From the NCBI GenBank assembly GCA_030390025.1, contig CM059432.1, positions 96,722,001 through 96,786,000 on the forward strand: a DNA stretch of 64,000 bases. Reading direction: 5' to 3'. This stretch comes from Squalus acanthias. Lineage: Eukaryota. Positions 1-12,593 of the stretch are shown piece by piece; positions within the stretch are counted from its first letter, which is position 1, and every line of letters begins with the position of its first letter. A model generated the notes under the pieces. That model ran no database searches. It was not told the DNA's origin and saw only the letters and a list, made by a program, of their open reading frames with translations. Both the position numbers and the translations under genes were made by a program.

Positions 1-652
1 TGAGCCATCAAATATATAATTAGATGTCATGGAAGAACCATCAAGTGATGGGCCCTCCCAAAGCGCTACATAGAGTATTCTGTAAAATAAATTGATAAGA
101 ACACAGTGATAAATATTTATTTTATATATATATATATGACATCCTCGGAATGTGGAAGGTGTAGCATGCCTGAATACGGTTTGGTTTAACATTGTTTAAT
201 ACAGGTCAGAGCATTCTCTGATGATGAGAATGCATCCCTTGTGAGGAGTTGGTTGCAGAGAAGGTTAGTGTTCCTGCCATGCCATATCATAGCACCCAAG
301 AGAGCTAAATTCAGCAGACATTAACCTTGACATTTGCAATGAGGACCTCCTGACCACAGAAATGACATTGTCCTGCTCTGCCATGTCTTCCTGCAGATTG
401 GATCAGCTCCCTTGGGATGATGGTGCCTCTCCAACCCAAAGATAGCAACCCACCTTGCTATACCTTCTGTGACCATTACCTCCATTGCTCTTTCTGAAAT
501 GGAAGCAGTCCTTCATTATCCCTGGACCCTTGCTGCTCCTCTGACATGTTCATAAATTCAACCAAAACCAATTGCAAAATTATTTAATTTAGTGGCACAT
601 GACATACAGATGCATCTTAAAGGAGCAGCACCTGTTTTATACTCAAACACTA

Positions 653-797
653 GGGCATAGAAATTTGTCTCGGAGGTTCGGGGGGGGGGGGGTGCAAAAC
701 GGGCTGCAATGGAACTAAATATCAGGCGCTGCGCATAACAGGCGTCCGATCTGATATTGCCTGTTGTGCGCCACAGCCTGAGATGAATTTCTAGCCC
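653..797. mobile_element. Short Harbinger-type MITE
   Basis: Imperfect terminal inverted repeats (TIRs) GGGCATAGAAATTTGTCTC and GAGATGAATTTCTAGCCC; no coding capacity. Confidence 0.5.
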
Positions 798-922
798 TAG
801 ATATCCTGTCCCCTTGGCCTTTATGTTCCCAGTGCATGGCCAATCAGTGCTGGAAATACTGCATAGTTACTTAAATAAAGGGACCTAGAAAAATACTGGG
901 AAGTTTCCGCTACATACCCATG

Positions 923-1041
923 GGGGCTAATTTTGACTTTGTGCGATAGTGTAAAACTGGAGATAGTGAATCGGCAGTCCGTTTTACATCAATCCCGCTT
1001 TTTATTTTTAATGGCTTCACAAAAATGTCAAAATTACTCCC
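923..1041. mobile_element. Short Harbinger-type MITE
   Basis: TIRs GGGGCTAATTTTGAC and GTCAAAATTACTCCC; flanks ATG/AAG (2 of 3 match). A related end occurs inverted near 60790-60899. Confidence 0.5.
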
Positions 1042-1236
1042 AAGGTGCTGCTGCACGGCAAGCAGAAAATCTGCAAGAAATATATTATGCAGAGAACTAA
1101 TGCTTTCAACTGCAGTCTCTAGGAGATGAATGACTGGGCCCAATGTAGTGAGGCCACTGTAGAGGTGATGTTAATGACCACGTATAGATATCCAACATAA
1201 ATGTATTTTGTACTGTGCATTGTAGTTAGACATGTT

Positions 1237-3007
1237 GGCCGCGATTTCCCCTACCTGGGCGGGTCCGTGGCAGGCGAGTTCGGTGGCGGGTCGCGGCCTC
1301 GCTGCTGGCTCCATCCCGGCCTCCGAAATGACTTTCCTCTGATTGGGCTTGTTAAGCCCGCCCAGCGCGTTACCCAGCCAATAGAAGGAAGCGGGTCTGA
1401 TGACGTCATTTGATGACGCGTCATCAGCCAGTTTCCTTAAAGGGACCATGCACAAATTTACTTTGACATTTGTGCTGCCAGTGTTCTACAGCATTGAGGT
1501 GCTGCAAACACTGACAAGCACTGCACAGAGGTGCACGGCTGCACCCCGGCTCTTCCATGACTCCCTCCATATGCTTATGGAGGGAGTCACAGCACACAGG
1601 GAGGTTCTCTTCCCGTCCAATGGGCGGAAGACACTTCCCCAGGAGACTAACGCAGCCCGGTTGCACATTGCACAGGAGGGCACCAGCAGGGATGTGGTCA
1701 GGAGGACCTGGTGCAGTGGCACAAACCTTTCAGTGATCTCAGTAGATCATGAAATGTTACTGCAAAGCCACACTCAACCTCATCCTGTTGTGCCTCTCAT
1801 CACATCCCCATCACTCTGCCTTCCCTACCCTAATCCTGCACATCCTTACTCACACCAACTTACCTTGCACCTCCACCCATCCCTCCCTATCTACATTATC
1901 ACTTCCCCATCTCACTAGCCACTGCTCACACTCACCCTCATCCTAGTGCAATCATACCAACAAACAACACACAAGGGTAGGCACTTGTGTGTTTTAGCCA
2001 ATGTTCATGTGAAGTTTCACTTACTGTGCTGTCAAACATTGAAACCTTTATTTTCAACATTTTGCGTTGTTGGACAGATTTGTGTGCACCTTTAGAAGTG
2101 GCTTCGTGAGTTGCAGTGAATGGTGAGACATAACGGCACCCCCCACAAAGCTTATGAATGTGAAAGGAATGGCTTGTGCACTGTAGAGATACTTCATGTT
2201 GTTAGTGTGGGGTGGCGCCAACCTGGCGCATCATGTGGCAGCCAGGGTGTGCAGCTTCAAGTGAAGTAAATCTGGCCATGGTGAGGCCATCCCTGGTGTC
2301 CTGGGCAACATTGTGATCGGGTGCTGATGCCCTGTGCCCTGTGCAGCATCAGGTGATTGTGGAGAAGGTTGGTGTGGTTGTTGGTGCTGCTGGTGTGCCT
2401 GGTGATGCTCGTGTTGTGGCTGATCGTGGCCAGATTCTGAGGTCCAAGGTGAGAGAGTATAAACCATACCAATGCTGATGGAATAGATGGCAGGTGAACT
2501 TGAGATGACAGAAGTAACCTGTCAATGGTGAGAGAGGTTGTTCCAATGAGGTGACATTGGATAGAGAGTTTGCTCCAAACACTTGCAACCTGCATAAAGC
2601 TCAATCTATCTTCCAAATGCAGTAAGCAACAGCTTCTGAGCTTGGAAAGTAAACAGCTGTGAATGGGAGCTTTTATAACACATTTCTAGTTGTCAAATAG
2701 TGAGATGATTTATTGGCCATTCAACTCCCACCCAGCTTAACAGATGTGATCCCCGAGCAGTGTGGACCCTGTTGGCGAGCTGGTAAATTCAAACGTTGAG
2801 CTCAAAATTGTTGTTAATCCTCTGTTATCAAGATCATAATGACCTGAATTGCCTCCCCCGCTGCTGCGTGCTGGGTCAGCTTAGCGCTGACAGACCCGAG
2901 ATTTGGAGGCTGGTTGACAGCGGGGTCCCGACCTGCTGTGAAATAAACCACTTCCCCACCTGACCCCCCACCGATCCCACCCGCTGACCCCCTGGAAAAT
3001 TCCCCCC
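1237..3007 (+). mobile_element. Non-autonomous Harbinger (family B2) with Myb/SANT exon-1 remnant and transposase-terminus remnant
   Basis: Degenerate TIRs GGCCGCGATTTCCC / GGAAAATTCCCCCC with a 3-bp target site duplication (TSD) GTT. About 1520-1750 (+) encodes APRLFHDSLHMLMEGVTAHREVLFPSNGRK...RRTW (Myb/SANT-like). 2231-2467 (-) is a Q/H-rich remnant. An inverted homolog lies at 42667-46703. Confidence 0.8.
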
Positions 3008-3544
3008 GTTGTATTCTGTACTTTTTGCATATTTTCACATTTCTGACTATGCAATTTATTTTTGCCATAGATTAGAAATGCCTGTCACTGAAATGAATGT
3101 TTTAATCTCTGATTTTTCTATTGGAATCAAATAGCTGCTATTTTCTTGATGCTGATTTCCAAATGACTCTTGACTAAAACAGGGATGCTAAAACTGGGGG
3201 GAAAAGTAACAATCTTCAGGATGTACTGTTCTGTGGGACCAGTTAAGGAGTTTTATACCATTAGACGTGTACTAATTATGTGTTGCTGATACCAGTGAAG
3301 GTCACTTGTGTGCTCATTAAATCCAAGGTTAACAATGGACCGGACCAGCACACACATGTTGATGATGGTGTTATGATTCTAATATTCACCCGCATATCAG
3401 TATGGAGGAACCAACTACTATTATACTGCAGCTGTGATCCAGTAAAACTGCTATATTGTGAGGATCTTGTTTCTACCTGCAATAGTAAGATTGGTTGGTA
3501 ACACTGCAATGTGATTCCATTACCGAAGTTCTGTTAAATATCAT

Positions 3545-5036
3545 GGCCCAGAAATTAAACACTGAGGGGTAAAAATTCAGTTGGTTGCGCCTCCCGTTAG
3601 CACCTTAAGAGGGCGCTAATGGGGCGCAAAGCCGCTAACGCCCGGGCGCAGCGATGTTTGCGCCGCTCGGGAACTTAACTAGAGATTGTACGGCGGCGCT
3701 AAACCTTACCGCTGCGACCACCTGCGCGCGCAGATTGTGACGTCATTCCATGGTGCAACGCCCTTGTGGCGCCCCGGAGCGGAAATTGAGTGGCGCCCCC
3801 TGCCTTACCGCCTGGCGCATCCAACGACCGGAAGACTGGAACGCTATCAATCGCTGTGGGGCTGGGGGGGGCGCTATTTAAAGGGGGCCTCTTCCTGTCT
3901 TTTTCTGTGGTCGACATTTTTGCACCACTCGTTCTGAGAGAGAGAGAGAGATTCGGAGAGAGAGAAAGAGAGACTTCTGCATTGACTCAACGCTTTGTGA
4001 GGTAGTTTTGCCTACTGATCCTAACAGTTGCCCCCCCCCCCCCCGCTTTAAGAACTGGCCGGCGCCAGTGTGTCTGTGTTCCCTCGCTAACTGGCAGCAC
4101 CTGCGCTGCGCTCGCGCGCTGAGTTAGCGCCTCACTGCTCGGCCTTTGCGCCTTAAGACAGGTGTGCAGCGCCTGATTTAGCGCTCCACTCACCTCCCGG
4201 GGCGGTAAAAGTGAAGTTTCCAGTCAGTGGCGATAATTAGCGCCAGGCGCTAATATTTGCGTCCAGACGATATTTGCGCCCCAAATGGGGCGCGACCTAA
4301 TTTTTCCCCCTGAGTGTTCACGTGGGGGTAAGGCTTCCCCGCGATATCTCACTCCGCGCCTACCTTTTTCCTCCGGGCCCACACGAACTTTAGTTTCAAG
4401 GCTGCAGCTGTGCAGTGCTTGCGTGACCCAGAGACGCAATTAGTTCGTGCGAGCTCTGGGATCACGTGATTCAGTTAGAGCCAATGGCAGCACACCATCT
4501 TTCATTCATAGTTTTAACAGCAAGGGCTGTCAAAGCTATGAATCCTACACCCCCCCAAAAGAACAGCTAAACCTCAATTAAGTTAAAAAAAAAGCCATCA
4601 CATTAATAAAATAAGTATAGTTAAATAAATTAACCACTTTAAACAAAAAATTAAATTTTTGAAAAAATTTAAAATCTTTTTAAAAGTTATAAAAATAAAC
4701 TTACCTTTCTTTAAAGTCTCTAAAAAAGATAAACCTGTTGAAATTTAAAAAAAATAATACTTAATTAACTACTTACCTTGTTAAAAGAGGGTCTTACGCC
4801 TCCTTTCTTTATGTGTAAAATCTTCCATGCTTACCTGCACGTTCAAAGCACTAAGTGCACTGCGTGCGCACAGCCTGTAGTGCGCACGCGGTTCACTTAG
4901 GAACCGCCCCCTTTTGAATTCACGAAGTGCCGGTTTCCCGCACATGCGCAGTGCATGCAGGAAACCGGCAATTGGAGACCTAAAACGCGAGAGTACACAG
5001 TGCGTACTCTCGCGTATTAGGTCTAATTTTCGGGCC
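3545..5036 (+). mobile_element. Harbinger-type MITE (family D), interrupted by the element at 3566-4310
   Basis: TIRs GGCCCAGAAATTA / TAATTTTCGGGCC, TSD CAT, AT-rich core. Homologous to 59923-60654 (inverted) and 59098-59861. Confidence 0.8.
3566..4310 (+). mobile_element. Internal-deletion MITE of Harbinger family A
   Basis: TIRs GGGGTAAAAATTCAG / CCTAATTTTTCCCCC, TSD TGA. The left about 450 bp match 16173-16630 and the right about 265 bp match 19910-20175. Confidence 0.88.
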
Positions 5037-5080
5037 CATACATTCTATGACAAAAGGTCCAGTATAACCAGGACAAAAGA

Positions 5081-5617
5081 GGGCTTGAAATTCTGCAGGG
5101 GTTCCATTGATCTCGTACCGGAATTACAACCAAATATTCTTTGCTTTGCCTTCAGAGTTGGTGTTCAGGGTAGTTTACTAAAGCCACCTTTCATATAGTT
5201 CGAACGTTGCAAGGAAGGAAGGAACAAAACAAACTTTTACCAGTCTATTGGCCCCCTTTGTAAGGGGGCTAAAGTAATCATAAACATTTAAAAGATTTTC
5301 AGGGGACCCAGGGCATAGGGTCCTCAAGTGGGGTGCACAACCACCAATCTGCTCACTCAGCATACCCGCTGCCCAGACCAGGGATATGGGATCTCTCAGA
5401 CTTGGGACACACTACCCCTGGCACCATCCCCCCAATGCTGTTATCCTTGTTTAGGATGGATGGAGGTTCCACCTCAAGCAAGGCTAGTGTAATAGAGGGT
5501 CCTGACGTAAGGCCAAGATCTGATGTATCCAGGTTTGGCCTAACTTACAGCCCTTTCACCACAATCCTGCCGGAGTTAGAATGGGAATACTTTGGAGGGG
5601 CCACGGATTTTCAGCCC
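5081..5617. mobile_element. Probable old Harbinger-type MITE
   Basis: Ends GGGCTTGAAATTCTG / CGGATTTTCAGCCC resemble the other TIRs; no convincing TSD. Confidence 0.4.
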
Positions 5618-6252
5618 ATGTTGCTTTATTATATCTCTCGGTGTCAGCCTAGAGGATATGGTCAAGAAAACTAGCTCAGATAGAGTATCTAAATCCCCTT
5701 CACTCCCTTTCTGTTGATTCCCAGCACACATATAACATAAAATACTGAAAATTAGGTGGGGATCAATAGAGTCCATTTTTATTGTTGAATTTAATTCATA
5801 TCCTTTGCACTGTTTTTTTACATAAGGTTGCACAGGATTACATAGGATATACAGCACAGAAACAGGCCATTCGGCCCAACCAGTCCATGCCGTCGTTTAT
5901 GCTCCACTTGAGCCTCCTCCCGTCTTTCCTCATCTAACTCTATCAACATAACCCTCTATTCCCTTTTCCCTCATATGCTTGTCTAGCCATCCCTTAAATG
6001 CATCTATCTATTCGCTTCAACCACTCCCTGTGGTAGCGAGTTCCACATTCTCACCACTCTCTGGGTAAAGAAGTTTCTTCTGAATTCCTTATTTGATTTC
6101 TTGGTGACTATCTTATATTGATGGCCTCTAGTTTTGCTCTTCCCCACAAGTAGAAACACTCTCTTTCTGTCTACTCTATCAAAACCTTTCATAATTTTAA
6201 AGACCTCTATTAGGTCACCCCTCAGCCTTCTCTTTTCAAGAGAAAAGAGACC

Positions 6253-9200
6253 GGGCTTGATTTTGATTCAGGGGCGGGCTGGGGTCGTGTAATCCGCATT
6301 TCGTGTTAGCCACCCGAATCTAAATCGATGTGGGAGATTGATGCGATTTTAACATAATTGGCCAATTGAGTTCCAACGTGTGGGAACCCATGGCCAGTGA
6401 GTTTTTCCAGTCTGAAAGTCGCTTTCGATGACGTCATCATTGCTGCAGCATTTAAGGTCTGCAACAAGCCTTGCTTCCTCTGCAGACTGCCAAGCTTCTG
6501 CCTTTGCATGTTAGAGGCACCTGCAGGAAGAATAGCCAGCCAGAGACCTAGGTCTGCACCACGATTGGATGACGTCATCCTGCAAGCTTTAATTGAGGGA
6601 GCCAGAGCTAATAAGGAGGTGCTCTTCCCTTCTTCAGGGAGGAAGAAGCCTTCCCATCAAACCAAGGCTGTGTGGATCCAGGTGGCAGAGGAGGTCAACT
6701 CGTTGTCCATAACCCGCAGAACCTGGCTTCAGTGCAGGAAGAGGTTTCATGACCTGCTGCGCACTGGAAAAGTGAGTATGAATTTCCCATCACCCTCATT
6801 CTGATCCCCATTGCCTCTCCTCATCAGCACTCAGCTTTGACAACCTCTTCCTCCACATCCCACTTGACACTGACATCCCTGCACCCTTACCCATTCCCTC
6901 TCTCTGTATGGTCACATTCACCTAACTATTCGACTATGCAGCCCTCACACTCCCTATCGCTGTGATGCTATGAAAACAACTTACAACACACAGGGAGGGC
7001 CCATGGTCTTGCCACCTCACTCCGAATTTTTCTCCTTCTAACCATCAATGATATAGATTCTCTACACTCACTCCTTTATTCTCACTCAAACTCCACTTGC
7101 AGGAAAAGAGAGCTCACAATAAGAGGGAACGAGTGAGGAGAGGAGGAGGGCCACCCTCAGTAGCCCAGCTCACCACCTGGGAGGAGGCGGTCCTGGAGAT
7201 CATGGGAGTGGAGGAGGATGCGCAAGTGGGGGACGGACAGACGGGTGCATCAGAGCAAGCTGGTGACAGAATAGTTTATCATCTCTCTCATTGACATTGC
7301 ATGAGTCACTGATAATGATTCTGATGCTCCAGCAGACTGACTTATGATCATTTGAAATATGCAATGTGCATGTTACCTTGGACTTACATCTCTGACTCTT
7401 TCCTTTACTCCCCCCCAGGACCATCGCGAGCAGCCGTCCCCACTGTCCAGGAGGAAGAGCATGAGCCTCACCACTCCTCAGAGGAAGCTGCAACCTCTGA
7501 GGGCGCCGCATCAGCAGAATTCAGCGCACCCAGCACCAGCGCAGACACTCACACCTCGGTGGGAACATCGCGAGATAGAGTAGTGTTGTCACCTGGTGTA
7601 TCACAGCTCACAAGTGAGCATCAGCAGATAGTGGAGACAGGAACAGCAGTGGAGAGTCCTAGTCGGAGGACTGTCCTAGCTTGGCTCAGCTGCATGTCGA
7701 CCCTTTGCCTCTGAGTCCATCCATAAGATCAGCGGTGCTGGAACTCCAGGAACAGGTGCAGGAGTCTCTGCCAGGTTTTGTCTCCAGGGTCGCTGCGAGT
7801 GTGGAGCGAATGTAGGAGTCCATAGCGAACATGAGCAGAGCCTTTGTGGAGTCATTGGCGCATGAACGCATCACCACGGAAAGGATGGCAACCTCTGTGG
7901 AAAGGATGGCTACAGTAGAGGAGAGGATGGCTATGGCTATGGAGGAGATAAGTAGCCAGAGTGTAGAAAACATGGTCATTGTTCAGAATAGACTGGCATC
8001 TCTTGAGGAGCGATGGTCATCTATTTAACACAGAAACCAAACCTTCATGGAAGTCCTTCTGAGTAGGACTTCCAGTGCAAATACGGATCCCCATGGCCCC
8101 CCTGATGTGCAGCAAGGTGCTCTCAATCCACTTGCAAGCGCTGAGGTGGGGCTGACCCATGAGAGGGATGTTGGTGGCAGACAACAAGGAAGTGGGGGCT
8201 CCTCTACAAGCGCTCACACGACCAAGCCACTGCAAAGCCCTTGGTCAGAGCCCCACCAGAGTCCTCACCCAACTGAGATGAGCGTCTCAACCCCTGCACA
8301 GCCGTAGGAGCAGCAGACTGTTGCCGAGCCCTCACAGGCTCGCAACCCCAGAGGACGCCCGCCAAAGGTGTCGAGGCAGGAGCAGCAAGAAAGTGAGCAA
8401 GGGGCCTCCACATCTGCTGAAGCCACAGGGGAAGCACCACGTAGGAGCATGCGTAAAAGAAAAATAATGCACAAGTAGTCACAAGGGTAGTCACTTGGGT
8501 GTAATGTTGTGTTTAATCTTGAAATGCCAGCATTTGCTTGGTGTGATGAAAAATTCTGCTGGCAAACTGCTGAAGTTGTGGCGTCTGTCATTTTGCAAAT
8601 GGGACTTCCACATTGAGGGCTTAGGATGACTTGCAATTGTCAGTATGGTGGTCAGAGTGATAGGAATCTGCAGGTTCCTGGCCATTGTTGATGGTCTGAT
8701 AAGAAGGTGCGAGGCAAAAGTGTTTGATTGTGCAGGCTAAGCAAATCTGGTCATGTGCGTCCCTTGCATCTCGGGCAGCAATGTGGTCATGCGCTGGCGC
8801 CTTCTGGCCTGTGCAGCTTCAGGTGGGTGAGGAGCAGCTTGGCACTCCTGTTGATGCTGCTGCTGCTGGTGGTGCTGTTGTTCATGGTTCTGCTGCTGCC
8901 ACGGCTGGTCCTCGTCCGAATCTGATGTCCAGGAGGAAATAAATGGTTCCCATGCTTCTGGTATATGCCTCAGTTGAGGAAGCGCTCAGTCAAGGTGGCG
9001 AGAGGGGTTTCCCAGGAGGTCACACTGGAGATGGGTGTCAGGCTCCAAACTTCCACAGCTGTGGTTATGCCATATAAAAGTTCCCCCAGACCTCAGACAA
9101 CAAAATCCTGCCAACTGCAAATGATGGCTGATCACATCTCCTATTTCATGGTTGAGCTGCAGCTGATAGTCAGCAATCCAAATGTGCTACCGCCAGGTTT

Positions 9201-9483
9201 CACATTTGTGGTTCAGAACAGGCGTGCTTCACGTGGAAAAAGGGTTAAAATCACAAAGGCCTTTCAAAATGGCATTATAGAGGCAATTTAGTGCTTGTTA
9301 AGGGCCTTAATGGCCTATCCCGCCTCTTGGAGGTGGGACGGAGTCGGGACCAGCAGACACGATTTAATGAAAATTGCGTGGAGGCAGGATAGAGGTGGGC
9401 TTGTGCCTGCCCGCCAGTTTTCGCAATTTTAACCCCCCACACGCCTTCAAACCCGCCTCCACGGGTCAATGAAAATCCAGCCC
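6253..9483 (+). mobile_element. Non-autonomous Harbinger family B (Myb/SANT gene kept, transposase core absent)
   Basis: TIRs GGGCTTGATTTT / AAAATCCAGCCC, TSD ACC; the host CR1 sequence rejoins across it. Confidence 0.9.
6508..8478 (+). pseudogene. Harbinger Myb/SANT-like DNA-binding protein, 3 exons (6508-6771, 7103-7262, 7419-8478), lesions in exon 3
   Basis: Exon 1 APRLDDVILQALIEGARANKEVLFPSSGRKK...WIQVAEEVNS...RRTWLQCRKRFHDL; exon 2 EKRAHNKRERVRRGGGPP. GT-AG introns in phases 0 and 1. Exon 3 has a frameshift and stops. Confidence 0.85.
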
Positions 9484-12400
9484 ACCCTGTCTGTTCATCC
9501 TTTCCTGATTGGTATACTCTCACATTTCTGGTATCATCCTTGTAAATCTTCTCTTCACCCTCTCCAGTGCCTCTATATCCTTTTTATAATATGGCGACCA
9601 GAATTGTATGCAGTACTGCAAGTGTGGTCTAACCAAGGTTCGATAGAAGTTTAGCATAACTTTTCTACTTTTCAATTCTATCCCTCTAGAAATAAACTTG
9701 GTTTGCTTTTTTATGGCCTTATTAACCTGCGTCGCTACTTTTAGTGATTTGTGTATTTATACTCCGAGATCCCTTTGTTCTTGTACCCCATTTAGATTCT
9801 TATTTTCCAAGTACAGTAATATGTGACCTCCCTACTTTTCTTATCAAAATGTAATACCTCACATTTATCTGTGTTGAAATTCAATTGCCAATTATATGCC
9901 CGTTCTGCAAGTTTATTAATGTTTTCCTGTAATTTGTTGCAGTCCTCCATAGTATTGACTATCCCCCCAATTTGGTGTCATCTGCAAATTTAGAAATTGT
10001 GTTTTGATTCCAAAGTCTAAATCATTAATGTAAATTGTGAACAACATTGGTCCCAACACTGATCCTTGTGGAACACCATTTCCCACTTTCTGCCACTCTG
10101 AATAGCTACCCTTTACCCCTACTCTCTGTTTTCTGTCTTGAAGCCAGCTAGCTATCCATTCTGCTACTTGTCCCCTGACTCCACATTCTCTGACCTTATT
10201 CATTGTGGTACCTTATCGAAGGCCTTTTGAAAATATACTGCATTACCCTTGTCTACTCTCTCTGTTACCTCTTCAAAAAATTCAATTAGGTTGGTCAAGC
10301 AAGACTTTTCCTTTTGAAATCCATGTTGACTATTCATTATTATATTGTTGGTTTCTAGATGTACTGCTATTTTCTCCTTTAGCAGGGATTCCATTATTTT
10401 TCCTAACACCGATGTTAAGCTGATTGGTATCTAGTTCCCTGGACATTTTCTATCTCCCTTCTTAAATATAGATATTACGTTAGCTATCCGCCAGTCCTCT
10501 GGCACTACACCTCTTTCTAACGAATTATTAAATATATGTATTAGTGCCTCTGCTATCTCTTACCGAGATTCTTTTAAAATGTGCAGATGTAATCCCTCCA
10601 AACCAGGGGTTTTATCCTCTTTGCGTTTGATTAGTTTATTTAATATTTCTCTTTTTTTTTAAATGTGGTTACCTCATTTCTAATCTCATCATCCAATGTC
10701 ATGCCCACCTGATCTGTCTCCCTGGTAAATACTGAAACAAAGTACTTATTTCATATTTCTGCCATTTCTCTATCACTACCTGTGATTTTATCCTGCCCAT
10801 CCCTAAGAGGCCCTATTCCCATCCTGACTTTACTTTTTTTAATTTATGTGCCTGTAGAATATTTAACTATTTTGTTTTATGTTCCTTGATAATTTAATTT
10901 CATAGTTCCTCTTTGCCTTCCTAATTGTTTTTTTGAGTTCTCTCCTAATCTCTTCATATTCTCCCTTGTCATGATCTCCCCTGCTGTCCATGTACTTAGT
11001 GTATGCCTCTTTCCTTACCCTCAATTTTTCCCTTATGTCTTTATTCATCCATGGTGCTCGTTAGTGCTTATCTTGTTCTTGTTTTTAAGCAGAATATATT
11101 TTTTCTGGACTCTGTTGAACACCATTTTAAATGATTCCCATTGCTATTCTACACCATTGTTTGCCAATATTGTTGTCCATTTTATTTTCCCAAGTTTTAT
11201 TCTCAGTCCCTCAAAATGGACTTTGCTCCAATCTATTAACCTGGTCTTCATCATATATATATCCTTCTCAATTATTATCTCAAAGCGTAATATATTATGG
11301 TCACTATTGCCTAGATGTTCCCCTACTTCTACTTCTTTTATCTGCGCTCGTTCATTCATCCTCCCTTGTCGGGCTTCTTACATATTGAGTTAGAAAGGAG
11401 TCCTGTACACATTGTAGGAACTCAATTCCCTTATCCTCTTTACTTACCTCTTCTGGCTAGTTAATATCAGGGTAGTTGAAATCCCCCGTGATTATTATTC
11501 TATGCTTTTTACTCATTTCCCTAACTTGTTTGCATATTTCTTCCTCCATCTCCCTTCCACTATTAGGTGGTCTATTAGTGTGATTGATCCTTTATTATCT
11601 TTTATCTCTATCCACATGTGTTCTATTTCTGTCTTACTGATAGCTGTGTCACTTTTTTCTACTGCCATTATGTTATCCTGAATAAGTACAGCTACTCAAC
11701 CTCCCCTTTTACCTGTTGTATCTTTTCTAAATATGTTATATCCTGCAATGTTTAATTCCCAGTCCTGATTCCCTATAGCCATGTCTCAGTAATCCCTACT
11801 ATATCTGGTTCCTCGCAATGTATTATTGCCTCCAGTTCCCTTGTTTTATTACGGACACTGTGTGCATTGCTACACAGACAGTTTAACTCATTTTTAAAGC
11901 AGTTCCTCTCACATTTTAAGCATCTTTTTACACTCCTGTTCTGTAACTGTTTATTCCCTGGCCATCTATGTCCTCTCGTAATTTATTCTTTCCTATGCTC
12001 TCCTTTTAGAATCAAAAAAGCAGGAGAAAATTGAAGCAAAAAAATTAGATCCCAAGAACTTGTAAAAATTCAATTTTTATTTGGAACATCACTGAAATGC
12101 AATAAAAAAACAAGCATTGGATTAAAAAAATCACAGTTAAGCTCAATAACAAGGCACAATAGTTTACATGGTTTAAGGGCAACACTTTTACAAGCCTCCA
12201 CAGTAGTTCTAAAACTTCTGGTAACATATGCTCACAGCATTTGAGTTTTGCTACAATTGCCAAGGCTTGTTCACTTGTTCACCTGGGTACTTGGATGCAT
12301 AGCCAAGTTTGGGAAATATTGGGGGTGATTTTCAACTTCAGTGGGGGCAGAAGACTGACGGTAATGTATCAGCTGTCTGTTTCACACCCTGCATGATTTT

Positions 12401-12556
12401 CCTTTCCATTGACTTCACTGGAGTCTTAAATAATAATGGTGCAGGGTGGGATACAACAGGACAAACCCAGGAACAAACATAAGGTTAAAGGAATAAAAAA
12501 CAGAAAATGCTGGAAATACTCAGCCGGTCAGGCAGCATCTGTGGAGAGAGAAGCAG

Positions 12557-12593
12557 AGTTAACATTTCAGGTTGATGACCTTTCATCAGAACT
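12557..12593 (-). ncRNA. Minimal type I hammerhead ribozyme motif in the Penelope terminal repeat
   Basis: Minus strand reads AGTT-CTGATGA-A-AGG-TCATCAA-CCT-GAAA-TG-TT-AACT: core boxes plus stems I and II. Confidence 0.7.

Larger units (their letters stand above)
5820..11890 (-). mobile_element. CR1 LINE ORF2 (endonuclease + reverse transcriptase), degenerate, split by the Harbinger at 6253-9483
   Basis: Minus-strand peptides [56 protein letters not shown] and RNFFTQRVVRMWNSLP; TACATAGG-type 3' tail near 5820-5850. Confidence 0.92.

Noticed and set aside
200..480. Very old transposase remnant (NLDICNED...DIVLLCHV)
   Set aside because: Similarity to Harbinger N-terminal motifs is too weak to call by eye.
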